A DNA stretch of 64,000 nt from an uncultured Chitinophaga sp. GTDB taxonomy: Bacteria; Bacteroidota; Bacteroidia; Chitinophagales; Chitinophagaceae. The translations under genes were made by a program, and so were the position numbers. Under the pieces are notes generated by a model. It did no database searches, was not told the DNA's origin, and saw only the letters and a list, made by a program, of their open reading frames with translations. The stretch lies in contig CAYLRV010000001.1 in NCBI GenBank assembly GCA_964386395.1, positions 23,807 to 87,806 of the forward strand, read 5' to 3'. Below are positions 11,548 through 21,500 of this stretch, piece by piece. Each line of letters begins with the position of its first letter. The first letter of the stretch is position 1.

Positions 11548-11817
11548 AAAAGCAATCTTAAGAAATGCAAATTTAGCTGATAAAGCTAATAACTGTTAGC
11601 TACAGGTTTTAGCCACGAATCACCCGAATTTCACGCATAATTCGATCCGGACCGGTATGTAATAGTTGTATCAAAAGATTTCCGGCATAGCACAGTTTTT
11701 TGATCCGAAAACAGCCCGTATGTTTTCCTGGCCTAACCGTTTTTAGTAAATAATCATTTGTGCGGTTCGTGGCATTCGTGGCCACCTCATTTGCGGCAGG
11801 TTATCTACATTTGCCAC

Positions 11818-13287
11818 ATGCAGCAAAAAACAGCATCCATTTCATCTTTATACACATCCTGGAAAGGCCAGGCCCCTGCATCGGTCGATCTGTTGCCTCA
11901 AAGTGGCAGCGAACGAAGATATTTCCGTTTACATGGCGGTGATGGCAGCACTGTTATCGGTACTTTCGGAGCCAACATACGTGAAAACGAAACGTTTATT
12001 TATTTCGCCCGCCAATTCACCAAACAAGGATTAGCGGCCCCTGAGATACTGGCTGTAAGCGACGACAAACAGTTTTACCTACAGGAAGATTTTGGTGATG
12101 TATCGCTGATCGATCACCTCGAACAAAAAGGCTATGTGCCTGAAGTTTATGAGTTGTTTAAAAAAAGCCTTGCTGCAATTGCCTTATTGCAGGTAAAAGG
12201 GGATAAAGGACTGGATTACAGCCAATGCCTGACCAATACCGAGTTTGGCAAACAGGCCATTATGGCCGACCTGCTATACTTCAAGTATTATTTCCTGGAC
12301 GCATTACGTAAGCCGTATGATAAACAAAAATTGATCGACGATTTTGAGGCGTTGAGCAATTACCTCACCCACACCGAATACAAATATTTCATGTTCCGCG
12401 ATTTTCAAAGCCGGAATATTATGATACGGGACGAACGACCCAATTTTATCGATTTCCAGGGGGGGATGAAGGGAGCACCTCAATACGATGTAGCGAGTAT
12501 GCTCTGGCAGGCAAGGGCCAACCTGCCCGATGACTGGAAAAACAATTTACTGGAAGATTATATTTCTGCATTTGAAGGGATAATAAAGCAGCCGGTTGAT
12601 CGTACCATATTCCGGAGCCAGTACAATGGGTATGTGCTGATTCGTTTATTGCAGGTCTTGGGCGCCTATGGTTTCCGTGGGTTGTTTGAACGTAAAGCAC
12701 ATTTTTTAACCAGCATACCATTGGCATTAAAAAACCTGAAAGAATTTTTTACCAGCAACAGTGTTGGTATTTCTGTCCCTGAATTTAAAAAAGTACTGGA
12801 TATCTGCGTAGCCGATGAAATCATTGCACAGTTTACACCTACACAGGCCACTGAACAAACACCTTTAGTAATAAAAGTTTGCAGTTTTTCCTATAAAAGC
12901 GGCGGTATTCCGACTGATGAATCGGAAAATGGTGGCGGCTTTGTTTTCGATTGCCGCGGTATTCTTAACCCCGGTCGTGTGGATAGTATGAAAACCCAAA
13001 CCGGCCGTGACAAAGAAGTAAAAGACTACCTCGAACAGCAAACGAAAATGCCCGAGTTCTTAAACAGTGTATTTGATATTGTAGATATTACTGTGGAGGA
13101 TTATATAAAACGTGGCTTTGGCAGCCTGATGGTGAGTTTTGGCTGTACCGGCGGACAACACCGCAGTGTATACGCAGCTGATGCCATGGCCCGGCATTTG
13201 AAAAATAAATTTAAAGTGAAGGTGGAGCTATCACATAAAATCCAGGATGCAAAAAACTGGCTGAACCCTTTACCTGACAAGAAATAA
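11818..13287 (+). CDS. APH-fold sugar kinase (AmgK-like) fused to a RapZ C-terminal-like domain
   Basis: Start at ATG 11818 (MQQKTASI). The N-terminal half has SERRYFRL and FRDFQSRNIM kinase motifs. The C-terminal roughly 150 aa has FVFDCRGILNPGR and GCTGGQHRSVYAADAMARHL, matching the RapZ C-terminal signature. Confidence 0.6.
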   Translation: MQQKTASISSLYTSWKGQAPASVDLLPQSGSERRYFRLHGGDGSTVIGTFGANIRENETFIYFARQFTKQGLAAPEILAVSDDKQFYLQEDFGDVSLIDHLEQKGYVPEVYELFKKSLAAIALLQVKGDKGLDYSQCLTNTEFGKQAIMADLLYFKYYFLDALRKPYDKQKLIDDFEALSNYLTHTEYKYFMFRDFQSRNIMIRDERPNFIDFQGGMKGAPQYDVASMLWQARANLPDDWKNNLLEDYISAFEGIIKQPVDRTIFRSQYNGYVLIRLLQVLGAYGFRGLFERKAHFLTSIPLALKNLKEFFTSNSVGISVPEFKKVLDICVADEIIAQFTPTQATEQTPLVIKVCSFSYKSGGIPTDESENGGGFVFDCRGILNPGRVDSMKTQTGRDKEVKDYLEQQTKMPEFLNSVFDIVDITVEDYIKRGFGSLMVSFGCTGGQHRSVYAADAMARHLKNKFKVKVELSHKIQDAKNWLNPLPDKK

Positions 13288-13324
13288 TTATTTACCGGGC
13301 TGCAGTACCCTGATTGGGCTTCCG

Positions 13325-13445
13325 TTGCGTCGCACACTTCAGCATCCTGTTCTCTAATCAACAATTTTCACCGCAGAGAAAAGAGAACGCTGAGTGTAAC
13401 GGAGAGGTCTCTGCAATTTTTTTACTCTTTTTCTCTGCGGTGACA
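13325..13445. repeat. Intergenic repeat: copy of the TTGCGTCGCACACTTCAGC element plus the CACCGCAGAGAAAAGAG inverted repeat
   Basis: The 19-mer at 13325-13343 recurs at 31167-31185 and inverted at 31338-31352. caccgcagagaaaagag (about 13369) and ctctttttctctgcggtg (about 13428) form an inverted pair. Confidence 0.6.
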
Positions 13446-13451
13446 AAAAAA

Positions 13452-14186
13452 ATGGGCATGCAAGCAATGATATTCAGCGCAGGATTAGGTACACGGTTTA
13501 AACCGTGGACTGATACACATCCAAAAGCATTGGCTATAGTCAATGGAAAGCCATTATTGCAACGCAATATTGAATACCTGCAGCGAAACGGTATTAAAGA
13601 TGTCATTGTCAACGTTCATCATTTTGCAGAACAAATAGAAGAAGCAATCGTTACCAACGACGGTTGGGGAAGCGATGTACTGGTAAGCGATGAAAGGGAT
13701 ATCGTATTAGAAACCGGCGGAGGTCTATTAAAAGCTAAAGATCTTTTTAACCCGGACGAACCTTTTATAACATGTAATGCAGATTTCTTAACCGACCTCG
13801 ATATCAATAAACTGATAGCATATCATAGTCAACAAAAAGCACTTATCAGCTTTGGCGTTACCAGCCGCAAATCTTCCCGCAACTTGTTATTCAATGCAGA
13901 CTACCGCCTGGTTGGCTGGAAAAACAACAGTACCGGAGAAACAAAAATTGCCATACCCGCAGAACCGGTTGCACATGAGCTGGCCTATAGCTGTGTGGTG
14001 GTGTTTGATTACCGCATTTTTGAACTGATGGAGCAATACGGCTTCAGTGGTAAATTCTCTTTGATAGACGTATATCTCAAACTTGCACCCGATCATCGGA
14101 TCATGGGCTACGAGCATACTGGCGACAAGCTGGTAGATGTGGGCAAACCGGAGAGTGTGGCAATAGCTGAAGCTTTATTCGAATAG
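13452..14186 (+). CDS. Sugar-1-phosphate nucleotidyltransferase (MurU-like)
   Basis: Start at ATG 13452. N-terminal IFSAGLGTRFKPWTDTHPKAL nucleotidyltransferase motif. Lies directly downstream of the AmgK-like kinase. Confidence 0.65.
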   Translation: MGMQAMIFSAGLGTRFKPWTDTHPKALAIVNGKPLLQRNIEYLQRNGIKDVIVNVHHFAEQIEEAIVTNDGWGSDVLVSDERDIVLETGGGLLKAKDLFNPDEPFITCNADFLTDLDINKLIAYHSQQKALISFGVTSRKSSRNLLFNADYRLVGWKNNSTGETKIAIPAEPVAHELAYSCVVVFDYRIFELMEQYGFSGKFSLIDVYLKLAPDHRIMGYEHTGDKLVDVGKPESVAIAEALFE

Positions 14187-14390
14187 GCAAGTGGCAAGAA
14201 GCTAGTGGGGGGTTACCATTCAACGGTTACACATCACCCCCTATTTTTTGCACCTCGCTACTTACATCAACCCCTACTCGCCACTTCCCACTTGCTACTA
14301 GCCTCTCCCTAAAGAAATGCAAATACCCTCCCCGCGGTACAGCCCTTGCAGCCTTTTGGCTTATCTTTCAATCCTAAAATAAAAAGACTG

Positions 14391-16352
14391 ATGAAGTACT
14401 TTCTTTCTTCCCTGCTGGGAATTCTATCCGTTACCATTTCCTTCTCACAAGTTTCGAAATATGACCATAAAGAAGCGTTTAACCCGAAGTTTTACCCATA
14501 CCCGGGCAATGATTACCGGAGTGCCAGCGGTGAGCCAGGGCCCAAATACTGGCAGAACCGAGCCGATTACGCCATCAACTGCACACTCGATACGGGTAAA
14601 CATACCGTAAGCGGCGACGTTACGATTACCTATACCAACAACAGCCCTGATAACCTGAAGTTCGTCTGGCTGCAGATGGATCAGAATATTTATAAGAAAG
14701 ACAGTAAAGGATCTGCAACTACGACTGAAACAGGCGGGCGTTGGGCCAATGGTGCTTTTACTGAGGGATATGTTACCTCCGGGTTGCAGATAAGTACTAA
14801 AGGATCCAGCTATAGTGATGCAAAAGTAATAACCAGTGATACCCGTATGCAGGTTTGGTTGAAAGAACCCCTGCGGAGTGGTGAAAAAGCAACCATCAAA
14901 ATGAACTATAGTTTCACTGTGCCTGAGTACGGTACAGATCGCATGGGGAGATTGAAAACAAAAAATGGAGTTGTATACGAAGTAGCACAATGGTTTCCCC
15001 GGCTCGCAGTATACGATGACATACAGGGATGGAATACCCTCCCCTATGTTGGCGCCGGAGAGTTTTATTTGGAGTATGGCGATATCAGCTTCAGCATTAC
15101 CGCCCCCGCTGATATGATTATCGTTGGTTCTGGTGAATTACAAAATCCGGCTGATTGTTATACCCCCGAACAAATGACCCGTTGGGCACAGGCGAAAAAC
15201 AGCGACAAAACAGTTATCATTCGCAGCGCTGCAGAAGTAAAAGATAAAAAAAGCCGTCCTTCAACTGCAAACATTACATGGAAGTTTAATATTACGAATA
15301 CCCGTGACGTTGCCTGGGCAGCAAGCAAAGCCTTTGTACAGGATGCAGCTAAAATTAATTTACCCAGCGGTAAAAATTGTATGGCCATCAGTGTCTATCC
15401 GGCTGAAAGTATTGTAAAAAATGGCTGGCAGCGGAGTACAGAATTCACTAAAGCAAGCATTGAACACTATTCTAATAAATGGTTTGAGTTTCCCTATCCC
15501 GCTGCAACCAATGTAGCTGGTATCGTTGGAGGCATGGAGTACCCGGGTATTGTATTCTGCAGTTCCGGTGCATCCGGTGGCGATTTGTGGGGGGTTACCG
15601 ATCATGAATTTGGCCATACCTGGTTCCCGATGATTGTAGGCAGCAATGAACGCAAATATGCCTGGATGGATGAAGGCTTCAACACATTCATCAATGATTT
15701 TTCAACTGCTGCATTTAATAAAGGCGAGTTTAAAGATCAGAGCTATTTCAGCGATCCCAACTCCTCCTTTATGATCAATTATACATTTGGCGAAACAATG
15801 GATGGGCTGTATAACGCACCTGACGTTATCCAGCAAAATAACCTTGGTATTGCCGCCTATATGAAGCCTGCACAAATGCTTCACCAGTTAAGAAATACAG
15901 TTATTGGTGCCGAACGTTTTGATGCAGCTTTCAAAGAATATATAAACCGGTGGGCGTTTAAACACCCCACTCCATGGGACTTTTTCCATACCATGGAAAA
16001 TGTAAGCGGGGAAGACCTCGGCTGGTTTTGGCGTGCCTGGGTGCTGAATACCTGGAAACTGGATATGGCCGTACGAACTGTGGAATATGAGGAGGAAAAT
16101 AAACCAGAAAAAGGTGCCCTTGTTACGATAGGCCTGGTGGAAAAAATGCCTATGCCGGTAACTGTTGTGGTTATAGAAACCAATGGCAAGCAACATACCT
16201 TTAATATGCCTGTGGAAATATGGCAGCGTACCCCCAACTGGACATTTGGTGTACCGAGTACCAGTGAAATTAAAGAAGTAATAATAGACCCCGACAATAA
16301 ACTGCCAGATGCTGACCGGGCAAACAATACCTGGAAGAAAAAAGGATTCTAG
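14391..16352 (+). CDS. M1-family zinc metallopeptidase, secreted
   Basis: Start at ATG 14391 (MKYFLSSLLGILS signal). HEXXH motif in VTDHEFGHTWF, with a downstream WMDEGF glutamate. Confidence 0.8.
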   Translation: MKYFLSSLLGILSVTISFSQVSKYDHKEAFNPKFYPYPGNDYRSASGEPGPKYWQNRADYAINCTLDTGKHTVSGDVTITYTNNSPDNLKFVWLQMDQNIYKKDSKGSATTTETGGRWANGAFTEGYVTSGLQISTKGSSYSDAKVITSDTRMQVWLKEPLRSGEKATIKMNYSFTVPEYGTDRMGRLKTKNGVVYEVAQWFPRLAVYDDIQGWNTLPYVGAGEFYLEYGDISFSITAPADMIIVGSGELQNPADCYTPEQMTRWAQAKNSDKTVIIRSAAEVKDKKSRPSTANITWKFNITNTRDVAWAASKAFVQDAAKINLPSGKNCMAISVYPAESIVKNGWQRSTEFTKASIEHYSNKWFEFPYPAATNVAGIVGGMEYPGIVFCSSGASGGDLWGVTDHEFGHTWFPMIVGSNERKYAWMDEGFNTFINDFSTAAFNKGEFKDQSYFSDPNSSFMINYTFGETMDGLYNAPDVIQQNNLGIAAYMKPAQMLHQLRNTVIGAERFDAAFKEYINRWAFKHPTPWDFFHTMENVSGEDLGWFWRAWVLNTWKLDMAVRTVEYEEENKPEKGALVTIGLVEKMPMPVTVVVIETNGKQHTFNMPVEIWQRTPNWTFGVPSTSEIKEVIIDPDNKLPDADRANNTWKKKGF

Positions 16353-16355
16353 ATT

Positions 16356-16386
16356 AAAAACCCTCTGTACTTCCAGAGGGTTTTTA
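16356..16386 (+). terminator. Rho-independent terminator
   Basis: ccctctg-tacttc-cagaggg hairpin (16361-16380) followed by ttttt. Confidence 0.75.
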
Positions 16387-16489
16387 ATAACAGCAAATGG
16401 GTTTTATCACCCTTTGTCTGTTATTGAACAGCTACTATCTTTACATCGATTGTAGCAATTTTATTAATTGAGGCTTTAACTTACTCCAC

Positions 16490-17323
16490 ATGAAACAAAA
16501 ACACTTTTTCTTTTACCTGTTCTTTACATTTATCAGTACCCTTGTTTTTGCGCAAAGCTCACCCTTCATCGGTACCTGGCAAGGAGAAATCCGCGGGTTT
16601 GATGACGATCTGTCACTGATTTGGCGGGCAAAAATAAAAGTAACGAGTTCAACCAGTGCTGAATTATTGTTGTATGATGATAATAAAGGCACTTATGTAT
16701 CCTATCTTACAGACAGCCGTTTTTCCGGACAAAAAAGAAAAGTAAGTTTTATCTCAAGCGGTATTACCGCCTCGCTGGTATTAAGTTATGAAAGCAGTAC
16801 GATGACCGGGCAGTCTGTATATAATATGCTTTATGATAGTAAAACGCAAATGGCCTCTGTTCTATGGAGCAATATGCATTCGGATATGACCGAATATTCC
16901 AAAGTGCTTGGCTATGGCGATTTCACGTCGGATAATAGCCCCGTCTACAGCGGCAGCAAACTGTTAGTAGGGGGTCAGTCCTATAGCTATATCAAGATTG
17001 ACAAAATCGCTGTGTCGGACCAGCAGACAGCCGTTACTTTTACTATTACCAATAATTCGGGCGAAGATATCAATGGCACATTTCATGAACCGGGCCACCC
17101 GACGGCTTTCTACATTACGAATGCAGACCGATCTGTAAAATACAAGCTGCGCTCAGCCGATAAAAGTTTACCCAAGGGTATAAAAATTGAACCAGGGAAA
17201 TCATTCACCATTACGCTCTATTTTGATCCTACTCCAAAATCAATGAAAGTGATGAATATTTTTGAAGGCGGCGACCCGACGACTGAACTCTGGAAATTTT
17301 TTGATATTGTGCTGAAAGACTAG
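16490..17323 (+). CDS. Hypothetical secreted protein
   Basis: ORF with a signal peptide (FFFYLFFTFISTLVFAQS). No recognisable motifs. Confidence 0.4.
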   Translation: MKQKHFFFYLFFTFISTLVFAQSSPFIGTWQGEIRGFDDDLSLIWRAKIKVTSSTSAELLLYDDNKGTYVSYLTDSRFSGQKRKVSFISSGITASLVLSYESSTMTGQSVYNMLYDSKTQMASVLWSNMHSDMTEYSKVLGYGDFTSDNSPVYSGSKLLVGGQSYSYIKIDKIAVSDQQTAVTFTITNNSGEDINGTFHEPGHPTAFYITNADRSVKYKLRSADKSLPKGIKIEPGKSFTITLYFDPTPKSMKVMNIFEGGDPTTELWKFFDIVLKD

Positions 17324-17334
17324 CAACACAAACC

Positions 17335-18435
17335 TCATAATGATAAATCAGACAGGGGGCTGCTTTCGAGCGGCTCCCTGCCTTTTTGGGCCGACCATTT
17401 CACCAGTCGTATCTCGCCGCCCTCAATTTCAATACCAGTAATATCTCCATCGCTGAAACAACAACACCCTGAATTAAAATAAGAGGGTTTCATCTGCATA
17501 TAGTCGACTGAAACAGAGGTAAAATCTTTCTCCCGCAGTCGTATCTCTTTTCGCACCGCATCCTGTTGGGCTTTATCGTCCCGCTTTATTGCATCCAGCA
17601 ATTGCTTATATAACCTTTCTAAATGTGTGAGTGAAGCAAAAACAGGCTGGTGCGTATGGCCGGTGATTAACACCAGCTTTTGCTGTTCACTGCTCCATTG
17701 GTACATGATATCATTATGCAGGGTTTTCCGCTCAGCATCGTAGGCAGGTGTATTCGGATTAATACGCAGGTAAGCCTGCAGTGGCGCCCATATCTTAGCA
17801 ACAAAAAACTTACTGAACCAGTTACCATCACTGCTTGCATCACCCTGATGCCCATGCGTTAAAAAAATAGTCAATGGCTTACTGCCTGCTGCAGACTGCT
17901 GACCGGAAGCTGAAGACTGTAGAACCACTCCCTCATACACCTTCACCTTTTGCCCGAAAATACTTTTCAATTGCCACCAGGCAAACGGATCATTATCCCA
18001 GAACAAATCGTGATTGCCGAATACTTTTATATATCGGTCTGCTGCTAAAAATTTCTTTTCCAGGTCAAAATTTTCCTTGTTATACTTCTTTACAGGCCAG
18101 AGACTGTTTTCCCATAATTCCTCGCTGTCACCCAAATTGATAAACGTGTACCCTTTCTCATAATAATATGCTAACGCTGCCATATAGTTTGGCTCAGCAA
18201 GCTTAAAATCATCTGCCCCGTTCTTTTTTCCTTTATGCTGATCAGAGAATATGATAAATTTTCCCGTTTGGCTGTCAAACGAAATAACCGGCCCCCGTTT
18301 ACCTGGTTCCGCATGAATGCTTTTATATAAATTATCTAAGGCAGTAAATATTCTTTCTTTCTTAGGCCTGGAAGAAAATTTAGCAGCCGCCCAAAGTATA
18401 GGCTTCAGCAATATGAACCGGAGAATTCTGCGCAT
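17335..18435 (-). CDS. Calcineurin-like metallophosphoesterase
   Basis: SDQHKG, GDSEELW, GNHD, THGHQGD and GHTH motifs appear in the order expected for the family. Confidence 0.65.
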   Translation of the reverse strand: MRRILRFILLKPILWAAAKFSSRPKKERIFTALDNLYKSIHAEPGKRGPVISFDSQTGKFIIFSDQHKGKKNGADDFKLAEPNYMAALAYYYEKGYTFINLGDSEELWENSLWPVKKYNKENFDLEKKFLAADRYIKVFGNHDLFWDNDPFAWWQLKSIFGQKVKVYEGVVLQSSASGQQSAAGSKPLTIFLTHGHQGDASSDGNWFSKFFVAKIWAPLQAYLRINPNTPAYDAERKTLHNDIMYQWSSEQQKLVLITGHTHQPVFASLTHLERLYKQLLDAIKRDDKAQQDAVRKEIRLREKDFTSVSVDYMQMKPSYFNSGCCCFSDGDITGIEIEGGEIRLVKWSAQKGREPLESSPLSDLSL

Positions 18436-18521
18436 GGATATTCCACAATATAATTATTCGGTACAAAATAAAAGTCCCGCCGGTTTGGCGGGACTTGGTT
18501 ATAATTAATTCCGAATACTAC

Positions 18522-21500
18522 TTATCGTATATGAACCTTCCCTTCTGCTAAGCGCTTGCCGGATGCATCGCCCACCACCAGGAGGTAAAGGCCAGTTCCC
18601 AGATGCGGCACAGTTACCGGCACTATGGTATAAGGTCCGCTCACGGCAAATTTGCTGTTATAAACCAGGGCACCTTTCGAATCGAATATGGTCATAGTGC
18701 GCTGAACAGAAGCACCACCAGGATTGTAATAGGAAACAGAGAAGTTACCATCGTTTGGAGATGGATAGATAAACAGTCTTGGGCTTACCGCTGCATCAAT
18801 ATTTAACACCTGTGAAAGCGCAGAGCAGAATAAACCTGAAGGCCATGTTTCCCGTACCTGTACCTGGTAAGCACCCGTATTGCCCACATTTACTACGTAG
18901 CTGTTACCTGTTACCGCCAGCGGATTTGTATTGTAGGTCCAAACAGTACTGAATGTACCCCCTGTTGATGCGCTCGTTGCCGCAGTAAGCGTCGTAGTTT
19001 GTCCCGGCAACAATGAAGTAAGTACCGGCGATTGGGTTAATGTAACAGTTGGCGTTAACCGTACCGTCAGCAAAGCTGCATTTGAAATGGTTGGTGCAGT
19101 GCAGGTTGCATTTGACACGAGAACACGATAACGGTTATTATTCATAACAATCAAAACACCGGGGACTGTCAACGTTGCTCCTGTTCCACCTGCCACGTTG
19201 GTCCATGTAGTACCACCATCTGTGCTAACCTGCCACACATAATTGATCGCTTCTGTACTATTGCCGGCTACTGTAAATGAAGCAGTAGTGCCGGAGCATA
19301 CTTCCGCATTCGAGGGCTGTGTGGTAATACTCACAGGTGCTACAACTGTAAGCACTGCTGCTGTCGTTGTGGCTGCCGGAGAACAAGTGCCGGCTACTAT
19401 ACAACGATAACGATAACCATTCATGCTAACCGTCACAGCAGAGACAGTATACGTTGAACTCGTCGCCCCGCTGATATTACTATACGTGACACCACCATCG
19501 GTACTCAACTGCCATTGATAAGTAATTGCTGTTCCGGTAGCTGTTACACTGAACGTACTACCAGCGCCAGCACAAAGCGTAACACTCTGCGGGTTGCTTG
19601 TTATGGCCGGCAACCTGTTTACGGTAAGTGTGGCCGCATTCGATGTGCCCGGTGTAGGGCATACACCGTTTGACACGATACAACGGTATTGGTTATTATT
19701 CAGAGCAACTGTTGCACCCGCAATACTATATGCAGAACTGGTTGCTCCGCTTATATTACCCCAGCTTGTGCCGCCATCAGTACTTAATTGCCATTGATAA
19801 CTCAGCCCTGCGCCACTGGCCCCTACCGTAAAGTTGGCATTACCCCCCTCGCAAACTGTCTGACTAACGGGTTGCGTGGTAATGGTAACGGAAGAAACAA
19901 CAGTGATTGTTGCACAGTTTGATGTGACAGTACCGCCGCAACCACCGCTCGCCGAAACTTTACAACGATAGGCGGCATTTGCAGACCCGGTTATAGTTAA
20001 ACAATTGCTGGTTGCGCCCGCTACATTCGTAAATGGCGCAGCACAGTTGGGCGCAGATTCCCATTGGTAGGTAAGTCCATTACCCGTTGCTGTAACACAA
20101 AGTGTAGTTGTTTGTCCCGTACAAACAGTAGCATCGCCGGGATGATTGGTAATAGTAGCCCCGGTATTCACAGTAAGTAACGCCGGGTTAGAATTTGTGC
20201 TGGCACATATATTACTTACCACACAGCGGTATTGATTGCCATTCATGCCTGCTGTTACTGCAGAAAGGGTTAAGGTTGAGGTTGTGGCTCCGCTGATATT
20301 TGCCCAGGTAGTACCGCCGTCTGTGCTTACCTGCCACTGGTACGTGCCAGTAGCCGTCACACTGAATGTTGCATTCGCACCAGCACAAACTGTTTGTGGC
20401 TGGGGCTGTACGCTAATCACTGGCCCTGTTCCGGGATTGATGGTAAAAGTAACAGTAGCTGTCTGTGTAACGCTGCCTGCCACACCTTGTATAGTTGCGG
20501 TATAGGTACCTGCCCCAAGTGTATTAGCATTATTCAGTGTTACAGTTGTGCTGTTACCTGGTGTAATAGAGGAAGGTAATACCGAAACGTTTAAACCTGC
20601 TGGGTTTGTTGATAATACGGTCAAGGAAATAGGTGTGGAGAATCCGCCCGTTGAAACCGTGGGCAATACCACATTCATTGTGGCAGGTGCAGGACAAGTA
20701 ACAGTGGTTGGTGTGGTGGCACCAAAAGTAAATCCTGATGCACCAGGAATAGTGGCTGTCCATATACCACGGCCGTGTGTACCCGCTGCAATAGTACGAT
20801 CAGATGAACGGTACTTGATCATGTCTGTTCTCACATTCGGGAAAGTAGTGTTCGGAGTCCACACTGTACTGGCACCATTCAATTGTTCTGTTTCCCATAC
20901 ACCGGTCTCGGTTGCGATAAATGCTTTCGTATCGCTATCAGGATGAAATAAGGCCCAGCGAACCGGCATATCAGGTAAGTTACCATCACTGGCAGCCCAT
21001 GTAGTACCACCATTCGTACTCACCCATACATTCGTTACACCGTAACTGGAGTAAGTAGCTATAAGATTATTGTCAGATGATCCGGTTACTATACTGTTCA
21101 AATAACCTGTTGCACCCGGAGGAGTAATGATAGTACTTGTAGGGGTTGCTGTATTCGCTGCATCCACTCTTACAAGCCTGTTGGTTCCACCACTTACGCC
21201 GAAGTATACACGGTGGGCTGTATAGGGTGATACGTGCACGGCTGAGACCTGCAGGCCGCCAAAATCTGTTATTGCAACCACGCTGGTCGTATTACCTGTT
21301 TGCGGATTATCCCAAAGCATATAATTGCCGGCTCCGCTGCATGCATAAATTTTGTTGTTGATATTATCGTAGTCCCAGGGGTTAACAAAACGCCCGGTAC
21401 TTTGATTATTCACCGGCGTTGTCCAGGTAGCTCCGTTATTTACACTACGCCGATAAACATTATAAACATACGACCCGAACTGAAACTGCGGTTCGTCCTG

